Below, piece by piece: positions 13,659 to 27,515 of a DNA stretch of 64,000 bases. The notes beneath the pieces are model-generated. The model saw only the letters and a program-made list of their open reading frames with translations, made no database searches and was not told the DNA's origin. A program made the position numbers and the translations under genes. Position 1 is the stretch's first letter. Every line of letters starts with the position of its first letter. The stretch is from Lingula anatina. Its lineage: Eukaryota > Animalia > Brachiopoda. The DNA is taken from assembly GCA_051362555.1 (NCBI GenBank), contig CM120646.1, positions 13,640,001 through 13,704,000 on the forward strand. Reading direction: 5' to 3'.

Positions 13659-16600
13659 AAATAAAAACATTACTTACTAGGTCCTATGGCATAAAATATG
13701 GCATGCATGTCATTTTCTCTATTGTCATAGCCATGTTGACCTCTCCAGTTGCGAACAACAGTTTTATTATGTTCATCTGTGTCATTAAAAGTCAGCATAT
13801 TCGGAGATGCAAACTGAAACAAAAAACAAAAACACTTCATTTTATAAGTCATCACATATGCTAAAAAGTTACATTAGACATTCAAACTGGCTTTAAATGT
13901 AACTTTAAGGACCATATGTAACTCTGAAATACATCAGACTATCTCAGTCCACTTACTAGATTATGAAAATACAGTTCTGAATGCGTAAGAAATATATATT
14001 GCAAACAATAGGAATTAAAAAAGGATACAAAAATTATAACTGAAGTAATCTCATTTTCAAAACAAATATGGTATTCTGTTATTTTATGAACATCTAGGTA
14101 TTACTAATTATTTAGTTTAATCCTTAATCGTACCGTTGTCATATGGTTGCCAATATCTGCCATGACAACTACAGGAGCAATCCTTCTGTGATTTTTATAA
14201 AAGAAACGCTCTGGAATATCCTTTTTCAGGTAAGCTGTAAAATTTCTCTCCCCCCATGAGGCATTGTTTAACTTGTTCACTAACTGAAAATAATACCAAT
14301 TGAAAATATTACAGAATCATGAATACATATCATGGTATAAAAGCCCTTTTTTTCTCCACTGGTATCCATTGTAAAAGTGTACTCTGTATATATTATACAC
14401 ATGAAAATGTCCAAAAGGCACATGAATGTTTCAATAAAGACATCCTAAAAAGCTAGCAATCTTTCCCAATTAAGACCTTAAAAATAAAGACCTTCACAGT
14501 CAACAGTGACTTTGACCTTGACAGTCCACATGAATCACAGTTCATTTACTGTCAAATTATTTAACAAGAATCACACATCCAAGCAATCATGTGAGTGGGA
14601 GAAAATAACTTTTTTTCACAAGGAAAAGCTTAAATTTAGTGAAAAATCCCAAACAGAGTACTTTTAGCTGTACGTCAGTTCTTGACATGTTTATCTTAGG
14701 ACGGAGGAGTATAACAAAAGTTTAGAGTCAAATGCATTGTGTTAGTTGTGAATCAGGATAGCAGAGAACAATCAACTTGACTCACCTCAGCTGCATCGAT
14801 TGCTGGCCATAGTTCTACATTTGCACCATTGTTTAATGAGCCCTTGATGGGAAAACTATCCAGGTCACTCAAGTCCATCCTCTGGGTCAAGTTAACAACC
14901 TCACCCACCAAAGTCATACCTAGAAGCAACTCGGATAAGGTGTTTCAGTTATAAAGAGCTATATTTACCATGAAATACAGACAGACAGAAACAAGAGAAA
15001 GAGTCATCAAATACCTAAAGGATTTTAGTAAAATTTCACAAAATTTCTACTCACCGTGATCTGCCAGTATGATAATATTCAAGGTTTCCCTCATGTCACT
15101 TGTGATGTTCAAAAGTTCAGCTACTGCACCATCTAACTCCCGTAAGGCAGTGTTTAACTCCCTCCCATTAGGGCCGTACAGATGTCCAAAATGATCAATT
15201 GAACCATAATACACACCTGAAATACAAAACAAACACAATCAACATGTACAAAAGACTATCAAAATTAGATATGACTAATCCTTTCTTTTTTTTATTTTTT
15301 TAAAAATAAATCCCTTTTCATCTTTATCTCACCTTTTCTTGTATCTTCTGCAACTTTGAAAATCATCACATAACTGCTTCTGAATCAATAAAGCTCAATT
15401 TAAAAGCAAACTGGCCCCCCCAAAATATCTCCAAAATATCTGATAACTCCCTTTGACAAAGATTGTTACCTACTCCATACTGAGCAAACAAACTTTTGAC
15501 ATGATAGTCTATGCATACAACCTTACACCTACCCACAAAATCTGCTGAATTATTCCTCAGTGAAGCTACAGCCTCCTTAAGGTCTTCTTTCAGGCTGGCG
15601 CCATTTTGTAAAGGTTCTTGTGACCACTCCCTACACACGGAGGATTTGAGCTTATGTATGGTGACATTACATGTTGGCCAGGATAAAAGAAAACTTTTCT
15701 TGCCCTGTAAAAAAACAGAAATTGTGCAAAAGAAGCTAAAATTTTCAGACATTTGGACCTGTCCCAAAGTAACAGGTTGATATGTGCATAACATATCTTG
15801 TCACATTTTGATAAATGGTGTAAAAACATTGATAAACATTGGCAGACAAGTTAACATACAGGACAATAGAAAATACTAGTTTGATGACACTGAAAGCAGT
15901 TTAGTGAGAAGCCCATTAGAGTTAGATCACTCTAGTTAGCATGATGGGTTTATGGGAACGCAGTCTTACCGACAAAGGATCGAGACACTAGACTCAGTGA
16001 GTGAATCCCCACATCTCCTTCACTTACCTGTCTCTCAACGCCAATCCATAATGGTTCAGCATCTTCCCACCAGAATGAATCATAAGACTCTGGGTTGTTG
16101 CCAATGTCAAATGTTTCATTTTTGACTAAATCATACATGAAGTTGGATACCATGCCATGGTTCTCACAATGTAAACCTGAAACAAGGAATTGGTTCATAT
16201 GGCAGTCAGTCAGACAGACAGATATATTACATACCACACAATGAGAGAGAGAGAGAGAGAGAAAGAGGCAAAAGACTTCGACACTTGCACATAAAGATTT
16301 AAAAAGCAAAAAAGGAGATGGAGAACTACACAAACACAGGACTTTAAATGGCAAACATATGTTGCATGCATGTTTCACATTGATCTTAACAATATTCTGT
16401 ATAGAATTCACTCTCATTTCTGCCATTTCTGCAGGTCTGTCATTACATAAATGTTGTCACAGAAAAAACAATGACAAACATTGCAGACAGCATGCCTGTA
16501 TGGATTAAGAGAAATCAAAAGGAAATTTCATGTTATTTTGTTAACCTTGGTCATCCTATTTTCATTTCTGCTTAAAAGGCTGTTTTTATTTTGTGCAACG

Positions 16601-17587
16601 AATTTTAATCTTGATAATTAACAACCCTGATCTAGAGGTAGAGGACAGAGACTTAATTGTGTTGCCTAAGTTAGGCTAAAGAACCAGGAATTTCCAGGTG
16701 TTACTAAATACCAATTAAAATACCAAAAACTACATGCTCACCTCTGTTGCAGCTGCAAAAACATTTCTCTTCCACAGATCTTGATATCAGCAGAAACATT
16801 CTTTTGAGTTCAAGATAAATGTAAATTGGGGTGCAGAAAAAAAGGGTATTTTTATGTAAAAATATCTTTAGGTAGTATTTCATGATATTCAGAGTGGAAT
16901 GAGGTCTTACCCACAGTGTGAGAACCTATTGTAATTGAGGCAAAAGCAATGCCCACATAGAATCTGTACTACGCATACCATGTATGTCCATGTGGCAGCT
17001 GATAATTAAGGTCTTTCTTTGTGAAAAAAAGTAAATAAATAAAATAAAAGGCTTGCACAATGTCACAGGTAGAAATCTACCGGTATACTTGGTGATTGCG
17101 AAAAGGGGGCACTGTGTATCTAGAGGGAGTGATGCATGAATTCCAGAGTGCAGACACATGAATACTAATTAGATTAGTGCAACTTTTCCCACATGGTTGG
17201 TTGCACGCAGGGTCACATAACTTTCGTTTCATTACTAAGTACAGTGGAATAATAATAATAATAATAATTAAAGATTATAACAATTCCTAGATTCAATAAT
17301 TAGCACAACTGTCCAACCTGCAGGGATTAATAACTTAACATACCTGTCATAATGGAATAATAATTGGGATAAGATGAACTCGGAAAATTGGGTCGCATTT
17401 TCGTGGCGCGGGCACCTTGCATTTCTATCTGTTTAAAAGCAGGTAGATTCTCTCTGTCGGCGTAATCCCATCTCATGCCGTCCACGAGTAGAAGTAGTAG
17501 CTTGTTCGCTGACAGGGTCAACCTCAGCGAACAAGATATACACAGAAACTGAAAGACAAGCAGGCGCCATCGATCACAAGTCGCCAT
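12322..17587 (-). CDS. ENPP6-like phosphodiesterase, copy 2 (apparently intact type-I membrane protein)
   Basis: Same exon structure as copy 1 with IDHFGH, ADHG and GQHGYDN motifs, S/T stalk, TM exon SGGVNAGFVILGLLIVVGLVIVGVCIWKR (~12671-12587) and tail exon YRKREYDDLAFLRDDFSYTKTDFTDRDL* (stop 12322-12324). Confidence 0.92.
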
Positions 17588-20500
17588 TCGTGTTGTCTTG
17601 TTTCTATTTCTTTACCTGAATTAGGTCAGGTCATGAGAGGGAAATGGGGTCAAGAGTCAAGAAGGGAATGTTGGCGCATGTGCAATAAGCGTGCCATGGG
17701 TGGCGTTGATTCAGATTTATTTTTTGTGGTGTCGTTTGAAAATACCGTATTGGATAAGTTTTGATAGTACAGTATATGTATTTAAAGGTTATTACACATG
17801 ACCTTGCTAAGAACGATCCTTATTTTGACTTTTTTTTTGCTTTCTTCATTTTTAATGGAGAAACTCTTTATTGCCTACGGCCTACTCTTGAAACGTGGAC
17901 AGAATTTTGGCCGAACAGTCATTCCAATTAAGTGAATCCCCAGCCCGATCCCCATTGAAAAATAAATAAATAAATAAATAAATAAATATATAAAAGTTGT
18001 TTAGGAGCCAAATGACTGATATAAAAAATCCGTTTCTATATTTTTGGGTCCTGTTCTGATATTTCGAAAGCGGTGAACAAAACGCGAAAATTAATTAATC
18101 TGCTTCAAAAGTTTGCAATGTTGCAAGTCTCCTAGAACTTTGAATTTTTAATCATTCAAATCGATATTTTTGTAGAGACTATATACTGTATATTGGCCTA
18201 CAGTAGGTCGAACACGTTTCAGAACAAACACTGAAATCTCAGGGTCCATATATGTCACAGGTTCGTATACAGTAGGCTGTTGGTAAACATATTATCATAA
18301 GTTTGTTCCCCTGCTTTTTTTTTCTTCATATCACCTCTGATCTGTTACTCCCCTGCAGAAAAGATTCCCTTTGGTTAAAATGTTCCATCCAAAACGCAAC
18401 TCTTATTAAAATGTTGGTGTTTTATTTATTGTAGGCCTAATTTTTTTTCATAAGTACGCCTATCTGGGACTCAAAAGTGACATTTTTAGAAAAGTCGTGA
18501 GAAAAAGGTCACTAAAACGGGGAGGCAGTGTTTCGTGGCAACTTCGCATGCAGTTCTACCTTTTTTCATTTGTTAAGAAGTACCTGTAGGCCTTTTCTTC
18601 GTACTTCAACAGTGCCTGGGGTTTGCAGATTATGCCCACTCTTAATAAATAATTGTATTTGTTGAAAAATCAATCTTTTGCTTTTGCAGAAGGTAAGTAA
18701 ATTAGCAATTTTTAATGCATATCAGCGAGTTGACAGCAAACCTGAGCAAATATGATAAATTAAAGAAATACAACGGTGAAATTTCGTTTTGAACACTGTA
18801 GGGAAGGATAAATGGCCAACGTTTACACCCAGAAAATGGAAAAAGCTGCCGTTTTAAAGCCTTTTCGGCTGACCTGAAACGAATGACGACATTCCAATTA
18901 TAGAGTCGGTGGAAGTAATTTCTATTTTTGTTTCTAAACGTGTTTAACGAGCACAGCAACTAAATGTCAGAGTTGATATTCTTTTTTTTTTCTTTTTCAA
19001 ATACTTTCAAAGGGGAAGAAAATCCAAAGTTTGGGCGAATTAAGAGCAGTTACCGGTAAGTTTTTCTCTGGATCAATTGTAAATTTTCCCGCTTACCACA
19101 CCAATACCCATACATTGGAAAACATAAGAGAAAAAAAAACTGGGTAGATCACACTCGTTTGACAATTATGTATGGCCTTGAGACAATTGTTCACTTTTTT
19201 TTCGATGACTGGGAGAGACGACGAAGGGAAGTATCGGTGGGGGAGAGTCCGGCTGCGCGTATTACGATAATTTTACAGGGAGGGGATGTACCGATTCGGG
19301 GATCCATAGGTGTGGAGGCGTCTCGATGCAGGTTCATTTTTTCCCCAGTGATTACTCCGAGACTCATGAAAAATTACCTGGAAGAGGGGGGGGGGGGAGT
19401 TTGAGAACGTATAGAGATTAACCCACAACTGGCGTCATGAAAAAAATGGGACCTGAGGGATTTCACCATGTAACAGAAACATAACATATTTCACTTTTAA
19501 GAAGTTTTATTCTTATCCCTTACATTAATAAAAATAACGCAGGATACAATGAAATGTTTTGCAAATAAATAAATATCTTATCATTCATCAATATATAAGA
19601 TGCACAAATATATTTAAGTTTAAACTGTGACAAAGGTCAATAATATATTTGTCCCAATTATTACAAAAGCATTACACACATCCAAAAATAAAACAAAAAC
19701 AAACTTTCTGAGATAATGGAGACATCTTAGACATCTATGGCAACATCTTAGTAGATACACAAAAATGTGTAAAAAACTACAAGTTTTAGTGTATTAAGTT
19801 TTGGCCCCAAATCATTCTGAACAATTTGACTTCTGATAACAGGTTTCCCCCCTCACATCACCTCTGATCTTGAGCAGGCAACAGATGTAAATTAATGGCT
19901 TTGACAGCTTTTTAAAACAACATAAAGGAAATAAATCTTTTCAAATTACTTGAATTTTGATAATCATCAAATTCCATTGTCTTGATTATGGAATATCTCA
20001 GCAATTACTTCATGCACCGTAGCTTGAGAAAGGCAAAAAAAAAAAAAAAAAAAAAAATAGTAAAAATACCAAATAAATACATCATCAAATTCATAAGATA
20101 ATTAAGCGAATAAATAGCTGATCAACTTGATTAATTGTTTGATGGCAGTCTAGAGTGTGATAGTGAGCAAGACATAAATATATGCATATCACTGAAATAT
20201 AATATACCAACATACAAAAGCTTATAGCTGTCATAATTAAATAAATAAGAAACTGAGCATGAGATTCTTATCTTGGCAAGCAAATGTAGCATTAATGAAA
20301 TATGAATAGTAATAATAATGCATATCAATAATTAACACCCTAATGCATATAAATAATTATCACCCCAAGCTGTACATTCATCTCTTTTTCTTGGATAATA
20401 CTGTTAATGACAATAAATTGTTGCTACTTCTAGTAATATCACATAAGATTTCAAGATGTGATATTCTATATAATATATGACAATAATTATTATTACTAAT

Positions 20501-21748
20501 ATTATTATTGTTATCAATACTAAACTCCACCTTGTAATGATGTATTTTATTATATTCAATCTCCGTTTTTATATCTTCCCTTTCCATTTTCTTACTCAAT
20601 ACTCACTGCCATTCATCCTCGGCTGTGAAACAGTAGCTAATCTGGTTCTCTCTTTAAGTCCATCGAATTTCTATAAATTGCATATGTGATTCATTGATAA
20701 TAAGGAATGTTCCAATACAAAACCATCAGTTTTAACTACTGCATGCTATGCAAAGGAGCTCTTTTGGAAATTATTATTTATTTCAGGGTGCTGAGTGCTG
20801 GGGAACATGTATATGCATAAATGTACACTATCATGTTAAAACATATTCCCTGAATCCACAAAAATCCCAGGATTCACCCATAAAGAATAAAAATACACAT
20901 ACTTATCACAGGCCAAGGTAACTAATATGCTCACAAGCTCCAAAAATGGTCCTGAAAATAAGGAGTATAAATATCAACTTTTAATCTCATCTTTGAACAA
21001 AACAACAACTTTATTTAATTACTATCAACACATACCACCTCATAATGTCCCTGATAATCTTGGAATGTTTGTAAAAGATGCCGTATATTCTAAACACTTA
21101 ATTGGTAAAATAATTTGTTTGCTGAATAATGTACAGTACACATCTAAACCCACTTTTGTCCACAATCAAGAGAAAAAAATATTAAGTCAACCCTAAATAA
21201 AATAAGCATCATTCCAATAAACAAAGATTTACACTAATTGCAAATGAATCAACTGAAAAAAAAATTGTTAAGAAGAAAGACATTAACAAATGACTGACAT
21301 TTATAAAAATAGTTTTCCCCAATGTAAAATCTTATTTCTGTGGCTCTTCATGAAGTGATAGATTACTATGACATTCCTTTTCCCCAAATAGATATACATT
21401 TTATTATCATGAAACAAGGTTCAGCTTAAAAATACTTAAATTACAATTGTAAAAAAAAAACCTTTCTGTTTGCTGCAATGTGTATTTGTCAAATTATTTT
21501 TTTTTAACTTTCAACAAAATTTTGTCTTAGCTCTACAACAGTATCAATCTGGCATATATGACTGCAAAAATGACCTAGATAAGTAGTAGATTAAGAAAAT
21601 ACTTTCCACAAGAACAGTGACCTTCACCAAGAAAAACAGATCCTCTCTTCTGGCAGAGACAAAAGAAATGAATACATAAATAAATAAAGAATGCTCCAAT
21701 ATTCCCTGGAAGAAGTAACCTACTCCAGTGGATGAAAATATTGCTCCT

Positions 21749-24700
21749 TTATAGTTCCCTGTCTGTATATTCAGTCCTCGAAAAAGAGAAATCGTTTTTC
21801 AGAAATGCAAGATCATCGTATTCTCTTTTTCGATATCTGGAAAAGAATGTATAGTGTTACCATGACAACAGGACATCACAATAAAACAAGCCTAGCAACA
21901 ATTATTAAGCTGAAGCCATTGCATAAAAATAGTGCATAAAAATCTGCCCAGAGCTGAAAAAATTTTGATTAAAATTAATAATTTTTAAATTTCTAAAAAA
22001 TAAATATTTAAAAAATTGTCACACACTTTCATTTTCTAATGTCTCTGATCGGGTTGTGGCATGAATCATAGTCAAATGATGTTAACAAAAATGTAAGCCC
22101 CAAAAGCCAACATGAAGGCAAGTTGCATGCTTTAAGCAAAAAAAAAAAAAATCTGTTTAAGAATTACAAAAAATGCAATCAGGTACTTTTTCATGGCTTA
22201 TGGTCAATAATTCTTATTTCTTTAAAATACACTGATAGATATAAAATACTCACCTTTTCCAAATACTCACTCCTACAATAACCAGTACCACTACAATCAA
22301 CAGTCCTAATATTACAAAACCAGCATTGACTCCACCACCTGAAACATAGATTTCTGCTGTAAATTGGTGTGACAATATTTTTAAAAATTTTTATTTTTTA
22401 TTTTCAAATATTTATTTTTTTTTCATTTTTAAATATTTTTCAATATTTCATAAAAGAAATACATACAGAGCACTTAATACGCCCCAACCCAGTATTTTAT
22501 TCTTTTCATTTCACTGTGAGATAGGGCTCACAAATTAAACAACCACTTTGCTTGAAAAACAAAAGAGGGGAGGAGGGGAGGGGAGCCCTGGGCACTTTTG
22601 ATTACTCTAAACAGATTAATTCCATATTAATAAAATGACAATTTATGACAATTATCATAATGATATATACTCACTCTGCGGGTGTAAGGTTGGAGACAAA
22701 GTTGAAGATACTGATGAAGTTGTACTCTCGGGTGGCGATGTTGATGTAGTCGGCTGGTCAAACATGGTCAAAGTTCTCATAGCTGCCCAGGATCCATTAT
22801 TAGCTGCTGCTTCTATCCCAAGTATCTTACACATTACCTGATACACGTCTGTGTTATTGATGAGATCCACTTTAGAGTTGGCATTAAAATCTGAAGTGTT
22901 GACAAACAGTCTAACATACAATGTCTACATTCTATAATTGCCCCTATCAGTGTTCATGTTCAAAATGATTAATTATGGGGGCTTAAAATCCTTGGAAAGA
23001 AGGGGGATGTGGTCTTTCTCTTTTTGTAAATTAATTACTGGGAGTGGAAATGAATCAAGTTTTGCAAGAGTTGTAGTTGAAGGTTCAGCCCCCTCACCCC
23101 CCAATCACCCAAACTTTTTTTGGGATAACTTACTGGGTCCTATGGCATAAAAGATGGCATGCATATCACTTTCTGTGTTGTCATACCCATGATATCCTCC
23201 CAAATTCCGAACAACAGTTTTATTATGTTCATCTGTGTCATTAAAAGTTGGCAAATTTGGAGATGCAAACTGAAATAAAGAACAAAATCAATGTCCATTT
23301 TACTAGGCGTCAATCATATGTACTCAGTGTAAAAGGTTCCTTCCTGACCACACTCAGCTCAACTGGTATCATAGACTGGGTTCCCACAGATTTAGAGCGA
23401 TCCATCTGGATCAACCTAACTCCCTGGGGGTCCACGCTACATTGCTGTCAGCCGAGCATGCACGTAAGCCAATTACCCCCTTACAGCCTTTAGTAGGCAG
23501 CTAGGAAAGACATTTAAGCCAGCTAAGCTGACACCAATCTAGCGAGACTCCCCACGGGGATAGATTGATCTAAAAATCTGTGGGAATGCAGTCATAAGAT
23601 CACTTATAGGAAGACCCTCCAAAAGTTATCATTAGAATTACATATCATAATATCAACTTTACATGTATATTGAGACAATTAATAGTTTTCCATTTAAAGC
23701 CAAGGTAATCTTACATATGTTCATAATAAAATATGGTTTTCAACATATTCTATGAATGCCTAGAAAGAATTCATGTTTTATTCTACACTGTAAATCATAC
23801 CGAATTGATATAGTAGCCAATATCTGCCATGACGACAACTGGAGCAATCCGTCTGTGATTTTTATAAAAGAAACGCTCTGGAATATCCTTTTTCAGGTAA
23901 GCTGTAAAATTTCTCTCCCCCCATGAGTCATTGTTCAACTTGTTCACTAACTGAAAATAAAACCAATTGAAAATATTACAATATTATAAAAATATTACAA
24001 TATTATAAAAGAAAGGCTCCGGAATATCTTCCTTTTGGTAAGCTGTAAAATGTCTCTCCTCCAATGAGCCGCTGTTCAACTTTTTTACTAACTGAAAAAA
24101 AAATCAAAATATTGAAGAATGAGGATTTGTGATATGATTGCTTTCTTGTATTTTCAGGTTCTTGTAGGAGTTCAACTTTTTAAGCTTTGGATGCCACTTG
24201 AAGCAATTTAGGAGGCTAAATCAACACCTACCAGCCTAGATCATGATCGAATAAGGTGTCCTTACAAAAACCAAAACAGCGGAGAACAGGAATTCTGACT
24301 TTCACTCTACACAAAAGACAGTTTTACAGTAACCAAGTGATTGATCAACTGGTTAAATTCTTACCTGGCAAAAAAGATATAACTGGTCATCTGACTTACC
24401 TCTGCTGGATCTACATGTATTTCTGGCCAAATTTCTACATTTGCACCAACATCTAATGAGCCCTTGATGGGAAAACTGACCAGGTCACTCAAGTCCATCC
24501 TCTCGGTCAAGTTTATACCCTTAGTGAAGGATGTCATTCCTGGAAGCAATTCAGATTATATACCTGCAATATGAGATCTATGGAGGGTGTTAATGTTTTC
24601 ACTGAATATAATCATGACCAGATATCAAAAACATCCATGCTTGACTATACATCCTATCATAATTTTTTAATCACTTATATTAATTGTTGCATTCCTACTA

Positions 24701-27439
24701 TATCTTTGTTAATTAACTCCATGATCAATGAAATGTGGCAAGAACTGAAAAGCAATATTGTTATCTGCTCAGGACACCGTTCTTGTTGCAGTTTTAATTA
24801 TACAAGTACATGAGACAGTCTTCAGCTTATTCTTCTGTACAGTTATTTCACAGAAACCCTGCAGATTGATGCTCAAACCTCTAACAATACCAAATAAGAA
24901 CCATGGGAATTTTTTTATACTTTTTTAAAATTACTTGGTTATTTTTAAACCAAGTTGACAAATTACAAATGGCATTACAGGATTACAACTGCATGACTTT
25001 GAAAGGCATACATATATCTTGTTCACTACTGTTCAAAACAGTTACATTCAAATCACATACACAAGTACATTTGCAAAAGATAGGCTGAGAAAAATAATCA
25101 AAAACCCAATGTTTTTAGAAACATTTCACAAAACAACTACTCGCCATGATCGGCCAGTATGATAATATTCAAGGTTTCCCTCATGTCGCTTGTAATGTTC
25201 AAAAGTTCAGCTACTGCACCATCTAACTCCTTTAGGATGGAATTCAACTTAGTGCCATTAGGGCCGTACAGATGTCCAAGATGGTTAACTGAACCAAAGA
25301 AGACACCTGAAACACAACACAACAAAGACTTGTCAAACTGACCAGAAAAATCATAAAGACATCTAAATAATTCTTTTCAACAAAGAAAGTAAATTCCCTG
25401 AGCAAACAAATATTTGACATGCTACATGTATTAGAAGTCTAGCTGGGATATAACAAACTTTCACCTACCCACAAAATCTGCTGAATTATTCCTCAGTGAA
25501 GCTACAGCCTCCTTAATGTCTTCTTTCAGGCTGGCGCCATTTTGTAAAGGTTCTGCAGAATACTCCCTACACACGGAGGGCTTGCGTCCATGTATACTGA
25601 CATTACATGTTGGCCAGGATAAAAGAAAGCTTTTCTTGCGCTGTTTAAAACAGAAATTGTGTGCACAAAGCTCAAATTTATAAGTATACTAAACAAAACA
25701 TGAATCTGTACCAAATGAACAGGCTGAGCAATCATTTGTAAGTAAGTAAAAGAGAAATCAGTTTCGTTTTTTTTTTACTTGAGGAAAAATCAATTATCTT
25801 CCCACATAAGATGAATTTTAAAGCACTTCCAAATTTTAACTTCTTTGCATACAGACCTAGGAAAACAAAGCGAGTTTTGGTATATACATCTCTTTGAGCC
25901 AGTAAATATTTGAACAAGAGGTTTGGCAGCAAAAGCACAAATCATTTCTTTTCTGGAGGGAAGAGGGTAGCGGGGTAGAAATGTGCCCCTTCAGTTTAAT
26001 TCTCAATATACCCTTGACATACAAAGCAGTATGTTTAAATAGCTAGGATCTATAAAACAAAAATGTTACACTAAAACAGCTTTGAACCTACATGTAAAAA
26101 TCTCAATATATCTGGATTTAAATATGCCAGTTAGATCTGGAACAGACCAAGTTTTCATTAAGTACCAATGCAGCCTTGCCGACAAAGGAGACACCAGCTG
26201 ACCATGCAGTGAGTAATCCTCACATCTCCTTCACTTACCTGTCTCTCAACACCAATCCACAATGGTTCAGCATCCTCCCACCAGAATGAATCATAGGACT
26301 CTGGGTTCCTGCCCATGTCAAATGTTTCATTTTTGACTGCATCATACATACAGTTTGATACTATGCCATGGTTCTCACAGTGTAAACCTGAAACAAGGAA
26401 TTAACTGTTTAAAGAATTATCATAATTACCGTGTTGATCTTGTTTAATAAATAAATAGATTAAATTGAAAATGCATCTGTTAAGATCAACTTAATATAAT
26501 TGGTATCAAGCACTTGAGCTTTCGCCTTATCTGTCCTCTTTTGTTACTAGATATAAATTTGATAAACATCAAAGCTCATCACTAAAAAGTTTTTAAATTT
26601 TACAATTCAAAAGACACCTTTACTTATAGCTTAAAGTACTGGCTTTCTTAAAATGTACAGTATGTGTAATTAATGTTTTGCAACAAATAATTTAGGGCCA
26701 ATATTACTGTATACTGAGGTAATCCTGTTTTTCACACTGACAGGTACCTGTGCACATTAATTGGGTCCAGAAGTTTCCAAGTCAGATTTATTTGGTTCTT
26801 TATGTACTCCATTCTAGATTACAGACACATATATCTAAGCAAAATACCCTAATTTTTGCCCAAAGCAAAAGTCATTGAAAAAAAAAATGAAACAAAGAGT
26901 GAAAGACATCCTGCATCCACATGAACACTTAACGCCATTTGCATTTCATGGTTAAAAAAGTGACTCACGAGTGACTCAAGACGTTTGCGAAAAGACTCAT
27001 AACCGGATACATCATACATGTAGCTATTAATTATTAAAGCGGGAGGTGCATTTTTCTACCTGTAATATATCACGCATGCAGTAACTGGTAGCACAACGAC
27101 CACCAGGCAACGACTCGATGCTTCCTTTCGTGCACGGATTCTTAATACAAGGACCGTTATGCAAATAACGCACTGTCATAAAGAACGTTACATACCTGTC
27201 ATAATAGAATAATAATTGGGATAAGATGAGCTCGGAAAATTGGGTCGCATTTTCGTCGCGCGGGCACCTTGTATTTCTATCTGTTTAAAAGCAGGTAGAT
27301 TCTCTCTGTCGGCGTAATCCCATCTCATGCCGTCCACGAGTAGAAGTAGTAGCTTGTTCGCTGACAGGGTTACCCTCAGCGAGCAAGATATACACAGAAA
27401 TTGAAAAACAAGTAGGCGCCATCGCTGAGAACTCGCCAT
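21749..27439 (-). CDS. ENPP6-like phosphodiesterase, copy 3 (type-I membrane; atypical metal site)
   Basis: Exons paralogous to copies 1/2; TM exon ~22338-22254 and tail exon YRKREYDDLAFLKNDFSFSRTEYTDREL* (stop 21749-21751). VNHLGH replaces IDHFGH, and the exon-4 donor is GC. Confidence 0.85.
23374..23593. mobile_element. ~210-bp palindromic-ended MITE family A, copy 1
   Basis: Ends ttcccacagatttaga.cgat / at.gatctaaa.atctgtgggaa; near-identical body recurs at 35489, 54334 and 62328, and partially at ~5926 and ~54990. Confidence 0.8.
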
Positions 27440-27507
27440 TCTGTCGTGTTGTCTTGTTTCTTTATTTCTTTGCAGGTCATGTCAGATGAAGGAAAAGGTG
27501 AAAGTCG

Positions 27508-27515
27508 TGACGTCA
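27508..27515. promoter_or_regulatory. Palindromic CRE (TGACGTCA) in the divergent ENPP copy 3 / CapA intergenic region
   Basis: Exact 8-mer about 70 bp upstream of the ENPP copy 3 ATG; half sites (acgtca) near 28184-28200. Function unproven. Confidence 0.3.
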
